The position numbers and the translations under genes are program-made. Below are positions 1 to 10,400 of a stretch of 64,000 nt of DNA, piece by piece. The notes under the pieces are model-generated. The model worked only from the letters and a program-made list of their open reading frames with translations. It did no database searches and had not been told where the DNA came from. Origin of the DNA: Cyanophyceae cyanobacterium (lineage in GTDB: Bacteria > Cyanobacteriota > Cyanobacteriia > Cyanobacteriales > JBHJGN01); contig JBHJGN010000029.1 of assembly GCA_050331735.1 (NCBI GenBank), positions 128,001-192,000 of the forward strand, given 5' to 3'. Position 1 is the first letter of the stretch. Every line of letters begins with the position of its first letter.

Positions 1-294
1 TCGCCGAGTTGCCTGATATTTCACTGTGTTGAGAACTGCTTCTTTCCAGGAAAAAGGATAATCAGTGGCCTTAATTGCTGGCAGCAGCTCATCCTCATAG
101 TTAGTAGTCCCATGACGTAACTGGTCGCAGGTTGCTGTCACGTATGGGGTCGGTTGGTTGAAACGAGTGTCGAGAATGCATACTTGCCCTTCATGCTCGA
201 ATGGAGGAAATATCTCAATTTTGTCTACCCAGTACCACATTTCAGCAGTCAGATTTTGCCCAGTTTTACAAGCAAAGCTCGGTTGATGCGCCAT
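1..294 (-). CDS. Hypothetical protein, 5' part only (runs off the window edge)
   Basis: ATG at 294 preceded by AGGAG overlapping the stop of the upstream ORF. Frame is open to base 1 (MAHQPSFACKTGQNLTAEMWYWVDKIEIF...). Not in the ORF track because there is no stop in the window. Confidence 0.6.
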   Translation of the reverse strand, partial: MAHQPSFACKTGQNLTAEMWYWVDKIEIFPPFEHEGQVCILDTRFNQPTPYVTATCDQLRHGTTNYEDELLPAIKATDYPFSWKEAVLNTVKYQATRR

Positions 295-302
295 TTTTAC
301 TC

Positions 303-884
303 CTAAACTTGAATATTGTGAGTTGATAAAGTTTGCCCCAGCCAAGCCTGCATGAGTTGCTGTTGTGGCGTTAAAGATAATGTGTCGGGAATATATTGAC
401 TAACAACATCTTTTAGTTCAAGAAGCTCTTGAAAAGGAAGCGAACTGTCCTCTCCTAATCCTTGACGGAGAGAATTATACTGCTCCACTCTCAATTCAAT
501 TTCTGCTTTAAAGCGCTCAAACTCTAGGGTTTCTTGATGAATTACTGCTATAATTTTCAAGCATTCTTGCCAAGCTTGCTTCGTTCTAAAGTTGAACCCT
601 TGCCCCCTAATTTGAGGATAGTTTTGGCGAAGCTCTTGAACGGTTCTCAATCCCGTAATGGAATATACCCGAGCTTTCAAAGAAGCTAAAGTTTGCTTCT
701 GAAGTACGTTTTTGACTTTCTGATGATGAGCAATTCTTCTTTGCAGTTGAGGACTAGATAAACCCTGTTGAAGGCAACGTTGATATTCATTTTCCAATAC
801 CGCCTTTTTAGCATTAAGCTTAATGCTGCTTATTCCCGCTTGCTTGTATGGTCTAAGGTAATTCTGTAGCTCGGCATACTTCAT
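303..884 (-). CDS. Hypothetical protein (Q/K/L-rich, AT-rich gene)
   Basis: 193-aa ORF with no recognisable motif. Confidence 0.65.
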   Translation of the reverse strand: MKYAELQNYLRPYKQAGISSIKLNAKKAVLENEYQRCLQQGLSSPQLQRRIAHHQKVKNVLQKQTLASLKARVYSITGLRTVQELRQNYPQIRGQGFNFRTKQAWQECLKIIAVIHQETLEFERFKAEIELRVEQYNSLRQGLGEDSSLPFQELLELKDVVSQYIPDTLSLTPQQQLMQAWLGQTLSTHNIQV

Positions 885-1130
885 AATAGAGTAACTCTTG
901 CTAAAAACTCAGACAATAAGAAAGCAATTCTTTGCTCTGGATCAATCTTTTAAATGGGATTGTTGAAATTTATTTCTAAGTAATAAAATTATGGCCTATT
1001 GATATAAAGATGTCCAATACAGTAAAAACCACGTCGAAAAGTGGCACAGGCCGAGCGCTGTTCTCAAATCCGAAGATTAGGCTAGAAATGCAGAGCTATT
1101 GCTAAAGCGCCATCTTTAGCAACTTGAATC

Positions 1131-2534
1131 ATGGTTTCAGAAAAGTTCCGCTATCAGCTTCGGGAAGAACTCGCTCAGTGGCAGGCGGAAGGAATTGTCA
1201 GTCATAATATCTCCGAACAACTTGCCAACCGCTATGGGTTGAGCGAGCTAGATACAGCTAGCCGTGATCGCTTTGTAACGATTCTGCTCGGCTTAGGCAG
1301 CGTTCTCCTCGGTTTAGCCGCGATTACGTTCGTCGCGGCAAACTGGCAGCAGTGGACGCGAGAGATTAAAGTGTTTCTTCTGCTTAGCTTATTTATCAGC
1401 GTCAGCGCTGGTGGTTTTTACCTATGGCAGCATTCTACACGGCAGCGCCTCGGACAGGCGCTACTGCTGTTAGGCAGTTTGATTTTGGGAGCGAATCTAG
1501 GGCTGATGTCTCAGATGTTTCATCTGAGTGGAGCGGCTTATCAACTTTACCTGGTTTGGTCGCTGGGAGTGCTGGCGATGGCATATAGCCTCCGCATAAC
1601 GCTGTTGGGAATACTGGCGCTTCTGCTAGCCTTTGTTGGCTACTGTCTTGGCATCCCAGATTTATTTACTTTAAGGATATCCCCCTTTGTCTTGGCGCTA
1701 CAGCATATGTCGCTTCTTGCCAGTATGCTGTTTATTCCCCTCGCCTATTGGTGTCGTTCTCCCTGGCTGTTTGGACTCGGAAGTGCCTTGGTGACTGTTG
1801 CTTTAGAAGTGAGCACCGCAGGAGCGCTCGCCGTGGCGGAAACTCCCCAACTAGCTTGGAATTCTCTAATCGCGATTGTCTTGGCTATTCCACCTCTGCT
1901 GTTGTGGGCTTATCAAGATGCCCTTTGGGGGCTCCCCTGGGCTTATTTTGATACAGTTGCCTGCCGCTTAGCCCTCATTTATCTTGCCGTAGTATGCTTT
2001 AGCCTATCCTTCAACACAGTATGGCAAGAGGCTTGGACATCCACCGCTGATGCAACCCGATCAAACTACTGGCACTGGCTCATTACAATAGATATCCTCG
2101 TGCTGCTAGGGTTAACGGTGTTTGCCTGGTGGCGTTTGGGGTATCGAGTGGGAAAGCGAGGTTGGCGACTCGACGCTACCAGTACTGCGATCGCTGGCAT
2201 GGTTGCTATAGCCACGGCTGTCGTTTGGTGGCAGATTAACATGGGGGCTTTAGGAGCGATCGCTACCTTTACGTTTAACCTGCTGCTTGCTGGGTTAGCC
2301 ATTGGCTTAATCCGAGAATCTCTTGCTAGCGGCACTCGCTTAGGTTTTTGGGGCGGCATTTTTCTGCTGGTGCTACAGCTCCTATCTCGGATGCTGGAAT
2401 ATAACACTGGCTTACTGTTAAAGTCTATCGTGCTGTTTGGCTGTGGAGTGACTGTGATGGCGGCTGGACTCTGGTTCGAGCGGTACGTTCGCCACTTTGA
2501 AACAAAGCGATTGTCTTCTCGATTGAATCCCTGA
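1131..2534 (+). CDS. DUF2157-family integral membrane protein
   Basis: N-terminal W-x-x-EGI...LGSVLLGLAAITFVAANWQ pattern, many TM segments, paired with a GDYXXLXY gene. Confidence 0.85.
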   Translation: MVSEKFRYQLREELAQWQAEGIVSHNISEQLANRYGLSELDTASRDRFVTILLGLGSVLLGLAAITFVAANWQQWTREIKVFLLLSLFISVSAGGFYLWQHSTRQRLGQALLLLGSLILGANLGLMSQMFHLSGAAYQLYLVWSLGVLAMAYSLRITLLGILALLLAFVGYCLGIPDLFTLRISPFVLALQHMSLLASMLFIPLAYWCRSPWLFGLGSALVTVALEVSTAGALAVAETPQLAWNSLIAIVLAIPPLLLWAYQDALWGLPWAYFDTVACRLALIYLAVVCFSLSFNTVWQEAWTSTADATRSNYWHWLITIDILVLLGLTVFAWWRLGYRVGKRGWRLDATSTAIAGMVAIATAVVWWQINMGALGAIATFTFNLLLAGLAIGLIRESLASGTRLGFWGGIFLLVLQLLSRMLEYNTGLLLKSIVLFGCGVTVMAAGLWFERYVRHFETKRLSSRLNP

Positions 2535-2553
2535 TTTCACCGGTAATGCACCA

Positions 2554-3201
2554 ATGACTAAACCGAATCTCGCTCAGAGCAAATTTCTGATTTCTACACG
2601 GCCTCAGCCTCACCGTGCGCTCTCGAAGTGGCGGTTTTGGCTACCGCTGCTGCTGCAAGTGGGCTTAATTGCGGCGATTCCGGCTCAAGCTTTTCATATT
2701 CTCCTGTCCGGAAGAACGGTCGTGCTTCAGACTGTCCCTGTCGATCCCTATGACCTGTTGCGGGGGTATTCCCAAACCTTAAGATACGATGTTTCTCGTG
2801 TAGACGCTCTTAAACGGCTTCCCGGCTGGAACCAAGCAGTCCAGCAGCTTGGTTCAGGCAGCCAGCTTCCCTCAGGAAGCACTCTATTCGTCATTGTAGA
2901 ATCTCCTGCTGCCTCCCCGACAGACACCACTGCTCCCCAAGCCTGGAAACCGGTTGGGGTCAGCCTGCAACGTCCCCATGAACTACCAAACAATCGCGTT
3001 GCTTTACAGGGAGTCGTCAATCGTCGCTGGATCGACTATGGTTTAGAAACCTACTATATGCCAGAAGACAGACGCGAGAAAATTAATACCGAGATATCCC
3101 AAACCCGAGAACAGGCATTTGTCGTAGAGGTTAAAGTAAACGGACGGGGAAAATCTGTGCCAGTGAGCCTGTGGGTGAGCGATCGCCACTACCGCTTCTA
3201 A
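2554..3201 (+). CDS. GDYXXLXY-domain membrane-anchored protein
   Basis: PVDPYDLLRGYSQTLRY and YGLETYYMPE motifs; usual partner of DUF2157. Confidence 0.85.
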   Translation: MTKPNLAQSKFLISTRPQPHRALSKWRFWLPLLLQVGLIAAIPAQAFHILLSGRTVVLQTVPVDPYDLLRGYSQTLRYDVSRVDALKRLPGWNQAVQQLGSGSQLPSGSTLFVIVESPAASPTDTTAPQAWKPVGVSLQRPHELPNNRVALQGVVNRRWIDYGLETYYMPEDRREKINTEISQTREQAFVVEVKVNGRGKSVPVSLWVSDRHYRF

Positions 3202-3219
3202 CCATTACGTCTGCCCATA

Positions 3220-3266
3220 GAAAAACGCCCGGGCGTCTTTCCGTGTTTCGACTCCAGGCGTTTTTC
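3220..3266. terminator. Probable bidirectional terminator
   Basis: GAAAAACGCC...GGCGTTTTTC inverted repeat between convergent genes. Confidence 0.55.
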
Positions 3267-3322
3267 ACTTTACTCCTCACCACCTGCCTCAAGTATAGAA
3301 CATCATTTGTTTTTGTCAACCC

Positions 3323-4225
3323 CTAGCTCAACCGAGCGATCGCGGCTAAGCTCCAGTGCAGCAGCAGGGGAACAAATAAACAGCCGTCAATCCAAATACT
3401 ATAAATTCGACGGGGTGTTTCTGTTGTAACCGCCCAGATATAGCTCAACGTTATTCCTGTCGCGAGCACCATTTCTGGATAGTAGACGATTTGCCCGGTT
3501 GTCCATCCCCAAGTCATGACCAGCAGCATTAAACCATTCATCGCCGTTAAGACAACTCTCGTCCCCCGCACTCCAACCAGCAGCGGTAGCGTGGTTACCC
3601 CTTTGTGGCGGTCGGATTCTACATCTCGAATATCAAAGGTATGGGAATTGGTCACGATGAACACAAACAGAAATAGCGTGGTTAGTGCGGCAACGCGGTC
3701 GAACTCTGCCCCAGCATAGGCAAGAGGCAAAGCGACCACAGCATAGGTAATTACGCTCCCAACGATCCAGGCTTTAGAACCCGGAATATCCTTCAGCCGA
3801 TACCAGCGCAGTCCTTGACGATGCCAGGGAAATAGTGGGATACCGTATAGTAACGGCACAATTCCGGCACAGCTAACGAGGCGTACTCGTGCCGGAGCAA
3901 AGTACAACAGCGCGGCTGTTGCTCCCCCGGCTGCCAAGAGTAAAATAATGATTCCTGGCTGGCGAAAGTAAGACTGAATCTGCTCTTCTGGTATTTTTTG
4001 GACATAGGAATCAAAAACTCGATCTAAGTTATAGGGAATCAGCGCCATCACAAACAGCAGCGCGATTGGCTGCCAATCTGGGGCTAGATCCATCACTTCT
4101 TGGGCAAACATTCCCAGAGAAGCAATTCCCGCTGCTACCCAGATACTGGGATAAATCAATAACTCTAGAAGGCGGCTGTAGAGCCATTGGGGAATGTAAG
4201 TTTGACCAAGCTGGTTGGAGGTCAT
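3323..4225 (-). CDS. UbiA-family prenyltransferase
   Basis: YNLDRVFD, RLKDIPGSK and FDIRDVESDRHKGVTTLP motifs; multiple TM helices. Confidence 0.8.
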   Translation of the reverse strand: MTSNQLGQTYIPQWLYSRLLELLIYPSIWVAAGIASLGMFAQEVMDLAPDWQPIALLFVMALIPYNLDRVFDSYVQKIPEEQIQSYFRQPGIIILLLAAGGATAALLYFAPARVRLVSCAGIVPLLYGIPLFPWHRQGLRWYRLKDIPGSKAWIVGSVITYAVVALPLAYAGAEFDRVAALTTLFLFVFIVTNSHTFDIRDVESDRHKGVTTLPLLVGVRGTRVVLTAMNGLMLLVMTWGWTTGQIVYYPEMVLATGITLSYIWAVTTETPRRIYSIWIDGCLFVPLLLHWSLAAIARLS

Positions 4226-4462
4226 AGTGAATCTGATTGAAGCCGAAGTAATTGAGTGAGTCTACATTTTAAAGAAATGTAAAGAACAATGCCTCTAACC
4301 ATCGAATAGGCTCGTTCTTTCTCTGGTGAGACGATTGCTTAAAAGTGATAGAGAGCAAGCTATTTCACCTTAAAATACATCACTTAAAATCTGAAACTTT
4401 GCTACTGGTAGATTCAGCCGAGTACGTCTTACAATCGACGAGTATCTTGAAAAAAAGGGTAA

Positions 4463-4942
4463 ATGACTGGGATTCGCATCGGTAACGGCTACGACATTCA
4501 TCGGTTGGTTGCAGGAAGACCGCTCATTCTAGGAGGAGTCGATATTCCTCATCATCTCGGTTTAGACGGACACAGTGACGCGGATGTTTTAACTCATGCT
4601 ATTATGGATGCCCTACTGGGAGCACTCAGCCTCGGAGATATTGGTCATTACTTTCCCCCGAGCGATCCGCAATGGGCAGGAGCAGACAGCTTACGATTAT
4701 TAGAGCAAGTCTATGAACTGATTCGGTCGCAAGGATGGCAGGTGGGTAATATTGATGCAGTCATCATTGCCGAACGCCCCAAGTTAAAGCCCCATCTTAA
4801 AGCCATGTGCGATCGCCTTACTCAAACTTTGGCCCTAGAGCTAAACCAAATTAGTGTAAAAGCCACAACCAATGAAACCCTTGGACCTGTGGGACGGGAA
4901 GAGGGAATTGCCGTTTATGCTGTTGCTTTGCTACATCGGTAA
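4463..4942 (+). CDS. ispF: 2-C-methyl-D-erythritol 2,4-cyclodiphosphate synthase
   Basis: [20 protein letters not shown] and KATTNE motifs. Confidence 0.97.
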   Translation: MTGIRIGNGYDIHRLVAGRPLILGGVDIPHHLGLDGHSDADVLTHAIMDALLGALSLGDIGHYFPPSDPQWAGADSLRLLEQVYELIRSQGWQVGNIDAVIIAERPKLKPHLKAMCDRLTQTLALELNQISVKATTNETLGPVGREEGIAVYAVALLHR

Positions 4943-5054
4943 AGGTTGAGTGAAAATCAGATCGAACTTGTGACTTGAGCGAATTACCAATTAACAGGTT
5001 TTAATCTTTAATAGGGTAATTTAACAAAGATGAATCAATACCAATAGCAAAAAC

Positions 5055-5801
5055 ATGGAAGCTCTCAATTTTCCAGCAGCTAAACAGACCGATGAAGCCC
5101 AAAGAATTCAGGAAGTAGCCATCGTTATTGCCGCCAAAAAATTATCTCCAACACTCGTCAGCGAAGATTTTCTGAAATTTGGCAGCATTGTTCCCCACGA
5201 CTGGGAAGTTAATAAACAGCCAGTTTTAGCTCCTAACTTTTCTCAGATTAGCTTTGATAATGGCATTAGCGTGATTGCCCAACCCGGGGCAATTACGTTT
5301 TTGCAAACCATTATTGCTAACGACCAGAGACTAGCCATTCCTGAAATCGCTCGCCGGTACGTGCAAAAACTACCCGGTGCCGAATACCAAACCTGTGAGA
5401 TCAATCCGAAGATTCTGGTTCCTTTTCTCAATCAACCCAGCGCTGCCGGAACTTATATTACTGAAACACTGCTTGCTCCTGGGCCTTGGCAGAAAATTAG
5501 CGAAGGAAGTCTACCAACGGGCATCGATTTAACCTATCAACTGGCGCGATGTCAGTTTAAACTGAGCGTCAATTCAGCCAGATTACAGTCGCAAAAATCG
5601 ACAATCACTGCTTTATTGTTCTCTGGCTCTTTTAACTATATTATTAACAACGATCCCCAGGAACGTTTGCTTCATTTAGAAAAATTGATTGAGAACGGCA
5701 GCAACGATTGGAATACCTTTAGAGACATGATTGACCAAAAGTTTTTATGGGGAGGAGAAGCCGATAAAAGTATTATTCCCAACCCGCTGTTTACACAATG
5801 A
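5055..5801 (+). CDS. Conserved hypothetical protein
   Basis: 248-aa ORF with a cyanobacterial-type PTLVSEDFLKFGSIVPHDWE N-terminus; function not recognised. Confidence 0.75.
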   Translation: MEALNFPAAKQTDEAQRIQEVAIVIAAKKLSPTLVSEDFLKFGSIVPHDWEVNKQPVLAPNFSQISFDNGISVIAQPGAITFLQTIIANDQRLAIPEIARRYVQKLPGAEYQTCEINPKILVPFLNQPSAAGTYITETLLAPGPWQKISEGSLPTGIDLTYQLARCQFKLSVNSARLQSQKSTITALLFSGSFNYIINNDPQERLLHLEKLIENGSNDWNTFRDMIDQKFLWGGEADKSIIPNPLFTQ

Positions 5802-5914
5802 ACAGAGGGCAGTGACCAGTGGCCAATGAGTCAGTCAAATAACTGATACTCAGCACGATGAATTGGTAACTGGGAATTGATATCACGGGTATCTGCTAGC
5901 ACGAATGACGACCG

Positions 5915-7018
5915 ATGAGCACTGCTTTTCAAACGTTAAAGGGTCAGCCGCCCATCGTAATTGCTCATCGTGGTGCCAGTGGAGAACGCCCCGAGCATAC
6001 CCTTGAAGCTTATCAACGGGCGATCGCCTCCGGTGCTGATTTTATTGAACCGGATCTCGTTGTCACTAAAGACGGAGTATTGGTAGCTCGTCATGAAAAT
6101 GCCCTGGCGACGATTAACTCTCAGACAAAACAAGTAGTAGAAGCGACGACCGATGTGGCCGTTCGACCGGAATTTGCTGAACGGTTAACCACTAAAATTG
6201 TTGATGGTCGAGCCGTGACAGGATGGTTCGCTGAAGATTTTACGTTAGCAGAACTGAAAACTCTCAACGCTAGAGAGCGTTTGCCGCAGCTACGCGGAAC
6301 TGAGTTTGATGGCCAGGGGCTCAAAATTCCCACCTTGCCAGAAATTATTCAGCTCATCAAACAGACTGAATCCGAAACTGGAGTCAAAGTAGGCATCTAC
6401 CCCGAAACGAAACATCCAACCTATTTTGCTCAGGAAGGAACGTTCCTCGATGGAACCCCGATTCGTTGCTCGCTCGGACAGCAGCTTATCGATACACTTT
6501 TAGCAGAAAATTTCCGCGCTCCCTGTCGGGTGTTCATTCAGTCTTTTGAGGTTAGCAACCTTCAGGAACTAGCTCAAACTATCATGCCAGCAGCCGGAGT
6601 CTGCTTTCCCTTGGTACAGCTTATTGCTGAAGCAGGTAGTCCCTACGATTTCGTTGTCAACGGTGATGGACGCAGCTATGCGGAGCTTTGCACTCTTTCC
6701 GGACTCGCTTACATTGCTACCTATGCGAGCGCCATTGGACCTTCTAAGCGATTAGTCATTCCCGAACAGCACCACCAGTTGTTAGCGCCAACAACGCTGA
6801 TTGAGGATGCCCATGCCGCCGGATTGCTGGTACACGTTTACACTCTTCGCCACGAGTCGATTTTTTTGGCAGCAGACTATCACGGTTCTCCAGAAGCCGA
6901 GTACGAGCAGTTGATTCACCTCGGCGTGGACGGCTACTTTACTGACTTTCCCGCTATGGGGCAGCAAATGCGATCGCAATTTTCAGCCGACGCACTTCAA
7001 CAGCACGAGCTGAGATAA
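5915..7018 (+). CDS. Glycerophosphodiester phosphodiesterase (GlpQ-like)
   Basis: IAHRGASGERPEHT, EPDLVVTKDGVLVARHE, ETKHP, IQSFE and DGYFTDFP motifs. Confidence 0.93.
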   Translation: MSTAFQTLKGQPPIVIAHRGASGERPEHTLEAYQRAIASGADFIEPDLVVTKDGVLVARHENALATINSQTKQVVEATTDVAVRPEFAERLTTKIVDGRAVTGWFAEDFTLAELKTLNARERLPQLRGTEFDGQGLKIPTLPEIIQLIKQTESETGVKVGIYPETKHPTYFAQEGTFLDGTPIRCSLGQQLIDTLLAENFRAPCRVFIQSFEVSNLQELAQTIMPAAGVCFPLVQLIAEAGSPYDFVVNGDGRSYAELCTLSGLAYIATYASAIGPSKRLVIPEQHHQLLAPTTLIEDAHAAGLLVHVYTLRHESIFLAADYHGSPEAEYEQLIHLGVDGYFTDFPAMGQQMRSQFSADALQQHELR

Positions 7019-7047
7019 TAAACTGTAGCTAGATACCAAAGAACACG

Positions 7048-7443
7048 ATGAAACTTAACTACATCTATACTCGGCTAAACGTCTGTGACTACCAAGCCTG
7101 CAAAAAATTCTACCGGGATGTTTTGGGGTTTGAAGTGGCGTTTGCTGACGACGATGATGAATACACCGAATTTAATACCGGAAACACGCGCCTTTCCATT
7201 TTTGATCGCCAAAAGCTGAGAGAGTTTGTCGGTCCTGACGAACCGATGAGCTACGAACGCAGCTATGCTGGCGTTGCTTTGAGCTTTCAAGTTCATAACC
7301 TCGATGAAGCTGTCGCGGAACTTAAACATCAAGGCGTGACGATTATTAGTCCTCCCTGGAACTTTCCGGATAGAGGCTTTTTGTCTGCCTGTTTTCGCGA
7401 TCCTGACGGCAACTTGATTGAGCTACAGCAGCTTCTCACCTAG
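7048..7443 (+). CDS. VOC/glyoxalase family protein
   Basis: FYRDVLGF...FRDPDGNLIEL pattern. Confidence 0.9.
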   Translation: MKLNYIYTRLNVCDYQACKKFYRDVLGFEVAFADDDDEYTEFNTGNTRLSIFDRQKLREFVGPDEPMSYERSYAGVALSFQVHNLDEAVAELKHQGVTIISPPWNFPDRGFLSACFRDPDGNLIELQQLLT

Positions 7444-7507
7444 TGGAATCAAGAGTGAAACGGTTTGGCTAACAAGTTATTTTAAAGACCAATTGGTGTA
7501 AAAATTT

Positions 7508-8188
7508 TTGTTGATGCTGACTTTATACTACGCTCGCCCGTCTCTCTACTCTCGTCCGGTATGGATAGCTCTCTTGGAAAAACAGCTTCCTGTTGAGCTT
7601 ATTCCTGTCAAGATGGACGGTTCCCAGTACGAGGCAGAATTCACCCAGATTAGTCCGTTTAGCCACATTCCCGTTTTGATAGATGACGGCTTGCGGGTGA
7701 TTGAATCTTCTGCGATTCTCGACTATTTAGAAGCCAAATACCCTCACCCATCACTGATGCCTGCTGATGCAGAGACCATTGCCAAAGTTCGGATGGTGCA
7801 GTCGGTGGCGATGAGCGAACTGTTACCTGCCGTTGCTGGACTAATAATTTATGCGCGTAAGCCCCAAGAGTTAGAGTACTGCACACAGAGAACGCATGTT
7901 GTTTTAACGTTCTTTGAGGAATTATTGGAAAATTCTTTTTTTGGTGGAGAGAATTTATCTTTAGCTGATATTGTCGCTGGAACGTTAGTGCCGATGTTGC
8001 CTAAGCTAGATGTTTCTTTAGCTAACTACTTTAAGGTTAATGATTGGACGCAGCGATTACTTTCAAGAGAGTCCTGGCAACAGATTCAGCTTAGCGTAGA
8101 AGAATGGAATTCCTTTGAACGTCATCTGGGCACTTTTGTCAAAGTGTGGCAAAAACGTCGTCGTCAATTCTTGCAAGCGAGGACATAA
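7508..8188 (+). CDS. Glutathione S-transferase family protein
   Basis: SPFSHIPVL, ESSAILDYL and LSLADI motifs. Confidence 0.9.
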   Translation: MLMLTLYYARPSLYSRPVWIALLEKQLPVELIPVKMDGSQYEAEFTQISPFSHIPVLIDDGLRVIESSAILDYLEAKYPHPSLMPADAETIAKVRMVQSVAMSELLPAVAGLIIYARKPQELEYCTQRTHVVLTFFEELLENSFFGGENLSLADIVAGTLVPMLPKLDVSLANYFKVNDWTQRLLSRESWQQIQLSVEEWNSFERHLGTFVKVWQKRRRQFLQART

Positions 8189-8195
8189 AGCGATG

Positions 8196-8562
8196 TTAGT
8201 TGTTCATTTGCTGTTTAAGCTATTCGACCTCTTTTTCTAGCTTTATCAGTCTCTCTAACAGGTTGAGGCGATCGCTATCCGCCGTCAACTGATATTCATA
8301 AAACTGATTAAACTTCTCGCTTTGCTCCACTCTTTGCTTGGCAGTTTCTTCAACCAAAATAGCAATGTCTTCTCGGCCCTGTCGAGCCAATTCTTTGAGG
8401 TTTTCTATCTGCCGACCGTTTTCTTGAATCTGCTGACTGTTGGCCTTGACTGAATCTTGTAAGCGGGCAATATTATCGGAAGTTTTTTAGCTGCGTTTCC
8501 TGTATTTGCCGTTGTAGGGCCAGCATCTGCTCAATTGTGGCTCTAATCTCTTCTAGTGTCAT
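8196..8562 (-). pseudogene. Frameshifted coiled-coil hypothetical gene
   Basis: ATG at 8562 gives MTLEEIRATIEQMLALQRQIQETQLK, then a shift at an A6 run (8483-8488). The +1 frame continues TSDNIARLQ...DSDRLNLLERLIKLEKEVE to TAG (8220-8222), then LKQQMNN-TAA. Confidence 0.7.
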
Positions 8563-8780
8563 CTAGTTTTTCGGTCGCCTACTGAGACTGGATATCATTC
8601 AGCATAGCGCAAGCCTAACGAGCCAAATGCCGAGCATCTTTTCAAGCCAGAGAAACTATACTTAATAGGCGTAATCTGTCTGTCGCTCGCAGCCTCGATC
8701 CTCTCTTTTTTTACAGAAAGAGTGTCGAGATCGGGCTAAGGTTGAAGGCAACCCTTTACACACACGCATTGGCAAGAACT

Positions 8781-10232
8781 ATGACCAACCGAAATTTTGG
8801 CGTAATTGGTTTAGCAGTCATGGGGGAAAACCTGGCTCTTAATGTGGAAAGCCGTGGTTTTCCAATTTCTGTCTATAACCGTACCGGCGCTAAAACCGAG
8901 ACTTTTATGGCGGAACGGGCAAACGGCAAGGACATCAAACCCGCCTATTCCGTCGAAGAATTTGTGCAGACCCTCGAACGTCCTCGGCAAATTCTGGTGA
9001 TGGTGAAGGCAGGCAAACCGGTTGACGCGGTTATTCAGCAGCTTAAACCACTGCTCGATGAGGGAGATTTGCTCATCGACGGCGGTAATTCCCTGTATGA
9101 CGACACCGAACGACGCACCGAAGAGTTAGAAGCCGCGGGACTTGGCTACATGGGGATGGGAGTCAGCGGCGGTGAAGAAGGAGCGCTCAATGGTCCTAGC
9201 CTGATGCCTGGAGGTACAGAAGATGCTTACCAGAAAGTAGAGCCAATTTTGACAAAAATTGCGGCTCAGGTTGAGGACGGACCCTGCGTCACCTATATTG
9301 GACCTGGGGGGGCAGGGCACTACGTCAAGATGGTGCATAACGGCATTGAGTACGGCGATATGCAGCTTATTGCTGAAGCCTACGATTTGCTCAAAAACGC
9401 CCTCGGACTCAGCAACGAGCAGCTACACGAAGTATTTGCCGAATGGAATACGACCGAGGAGCTAGATTCGTTCCTCATTGAAATTACTGCCGACATCTTC
9501 AAGTACAAAGAAAACGGCAGTGAGTATTTAATCGATAAAATTCTCGATTCAGCCGGACAAAAAGGCACGGGACGCTGGACGGTGGTTAATTCTCTGGAAA
9601 TCGGCGTACCCATCCCCACTATCTACGCTGCCGTTAACGCCCGCGTAATGTCTTCTTTTAAGGATCAGCGCGTCGCTGCTGCTAAAGCTCTGGGGAACGA
9701 AACCAAGCGATACGATGGCGATGTTAAATCCTTTATCAATAAGATTCGGGATGCTCTCTACTGTTCTAAAATGTGCTCCTATGCCCAGGGCATGGCGCTG
9801 CTGCAAGCCGCTTCTCGGGAGTTTAACTACCACCTGAATTTATCGGAGACGGCACGGATTTGGAAAGGCGGCTGTATCATTCGGGCGCGATTTCTGGGTA
9901 AGATTCAGCAGGCTTTTATCGATAATCCTAATCTTGATAACCTCCTGCTAGCACCGGAATTTAAGCAAACCATTCTAGACCGCCAGCAGGCGTGGAGAGA
10001 TGTATTATCGGTTGCTAACCAAATTGGCATTTCGGTACCCGCATTCAGTGCTTCTTTGGATTACTTTGATGCCTATCGACGTGATCGCCTGCCTCAAAAC
10101 CTGACTCAGGCTCAGCGGGACTACTTCGGCGCACACACCTATGAGCGCATCGACAAGCCCAGAGATGAGTTTTTCCATACCGAATGGACGAAAACTGATG
10201 TTGAATCTACGCAAGTAGGCAGCACTGACTAA
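8781..10232 (+). CDS. gnd: 6-phosphogluconate dehydrogenase, decarboxylating
   Basis: [35 protein letters not shown] and [12 protein letters not shown] motifs. ATG at 8781 chosen over the upstream TTG. Confidence 0.97.
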   Translation: MTNRNFGVIGLAVMGENLALNVESRGFPISVYNRTGAKTETFMAERANGKDIKPAYSVEEFVQTLERPRQILVMVKAGKPVDAVIQQLKPLLDEGDLLIDGGNSLYDDTERRTEELEAAGLGYMGMGVSGGEEGALNGPSLMPGGTEDAYQKVEPILTKIAAQVEDGPCVTYIGPGGAGHYVKMVHNGIEYGDMQLIAEAYDLLKNALGLSNEQLHEVFAEWNTTEELDSFLIEITADIFKYKENGSEYLIDKILDSAGQKGTGRWTVVNSLEIGVPIPTIYAAVNARVMSSFKDQRVAAAKALGNETKRYDGDVKSFINKIRDALYCSKMCSYAQGMALLQAASREFNYHLNLSETARIWKGGCIIRARFLGKIQQAFIDNPNLDNLLLAPEFKQTILDRQQAWRDVLSVANQIGISVPAFSASLDYFDAYRRDRLPQNLTQAQRDYFGAHTYERIDKPRDEFFHTEWTKTDVESTQVGSTD

Positions 10233-10322
10233 ACGTTCGCCCCGTTAGCGTTCGCGTAGCGTGTCTGTAGGACTCAGCTCCTCTGAAAGAGACTTCGTCC
10301 GGGTGCTGCGTTTAGCTAGACT

Positions 10323-10347
10323 TTTGGGTGGGCGAAGCCCACCTAAA
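10323..10347 (+). terminator. Hairpin downstream of gnd
   Basis: TTTGGGTGGGC-GAA-GCCCACCTAAA stem-loop. Confidence 0.6.
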
Positions 10348-10400
10348 TTGTTTGGCCTGACGGCGGAGCAATACGGGAGATATCTTCACAAATACAAGAC

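Noticed and set aside
4263..4281. TACATTT-N5-AAATGTA dyad upstream of the UbiA-family gene
   Set aside because: Single AT-rich palindrome with no second instance or recognised regulator; could be chance.
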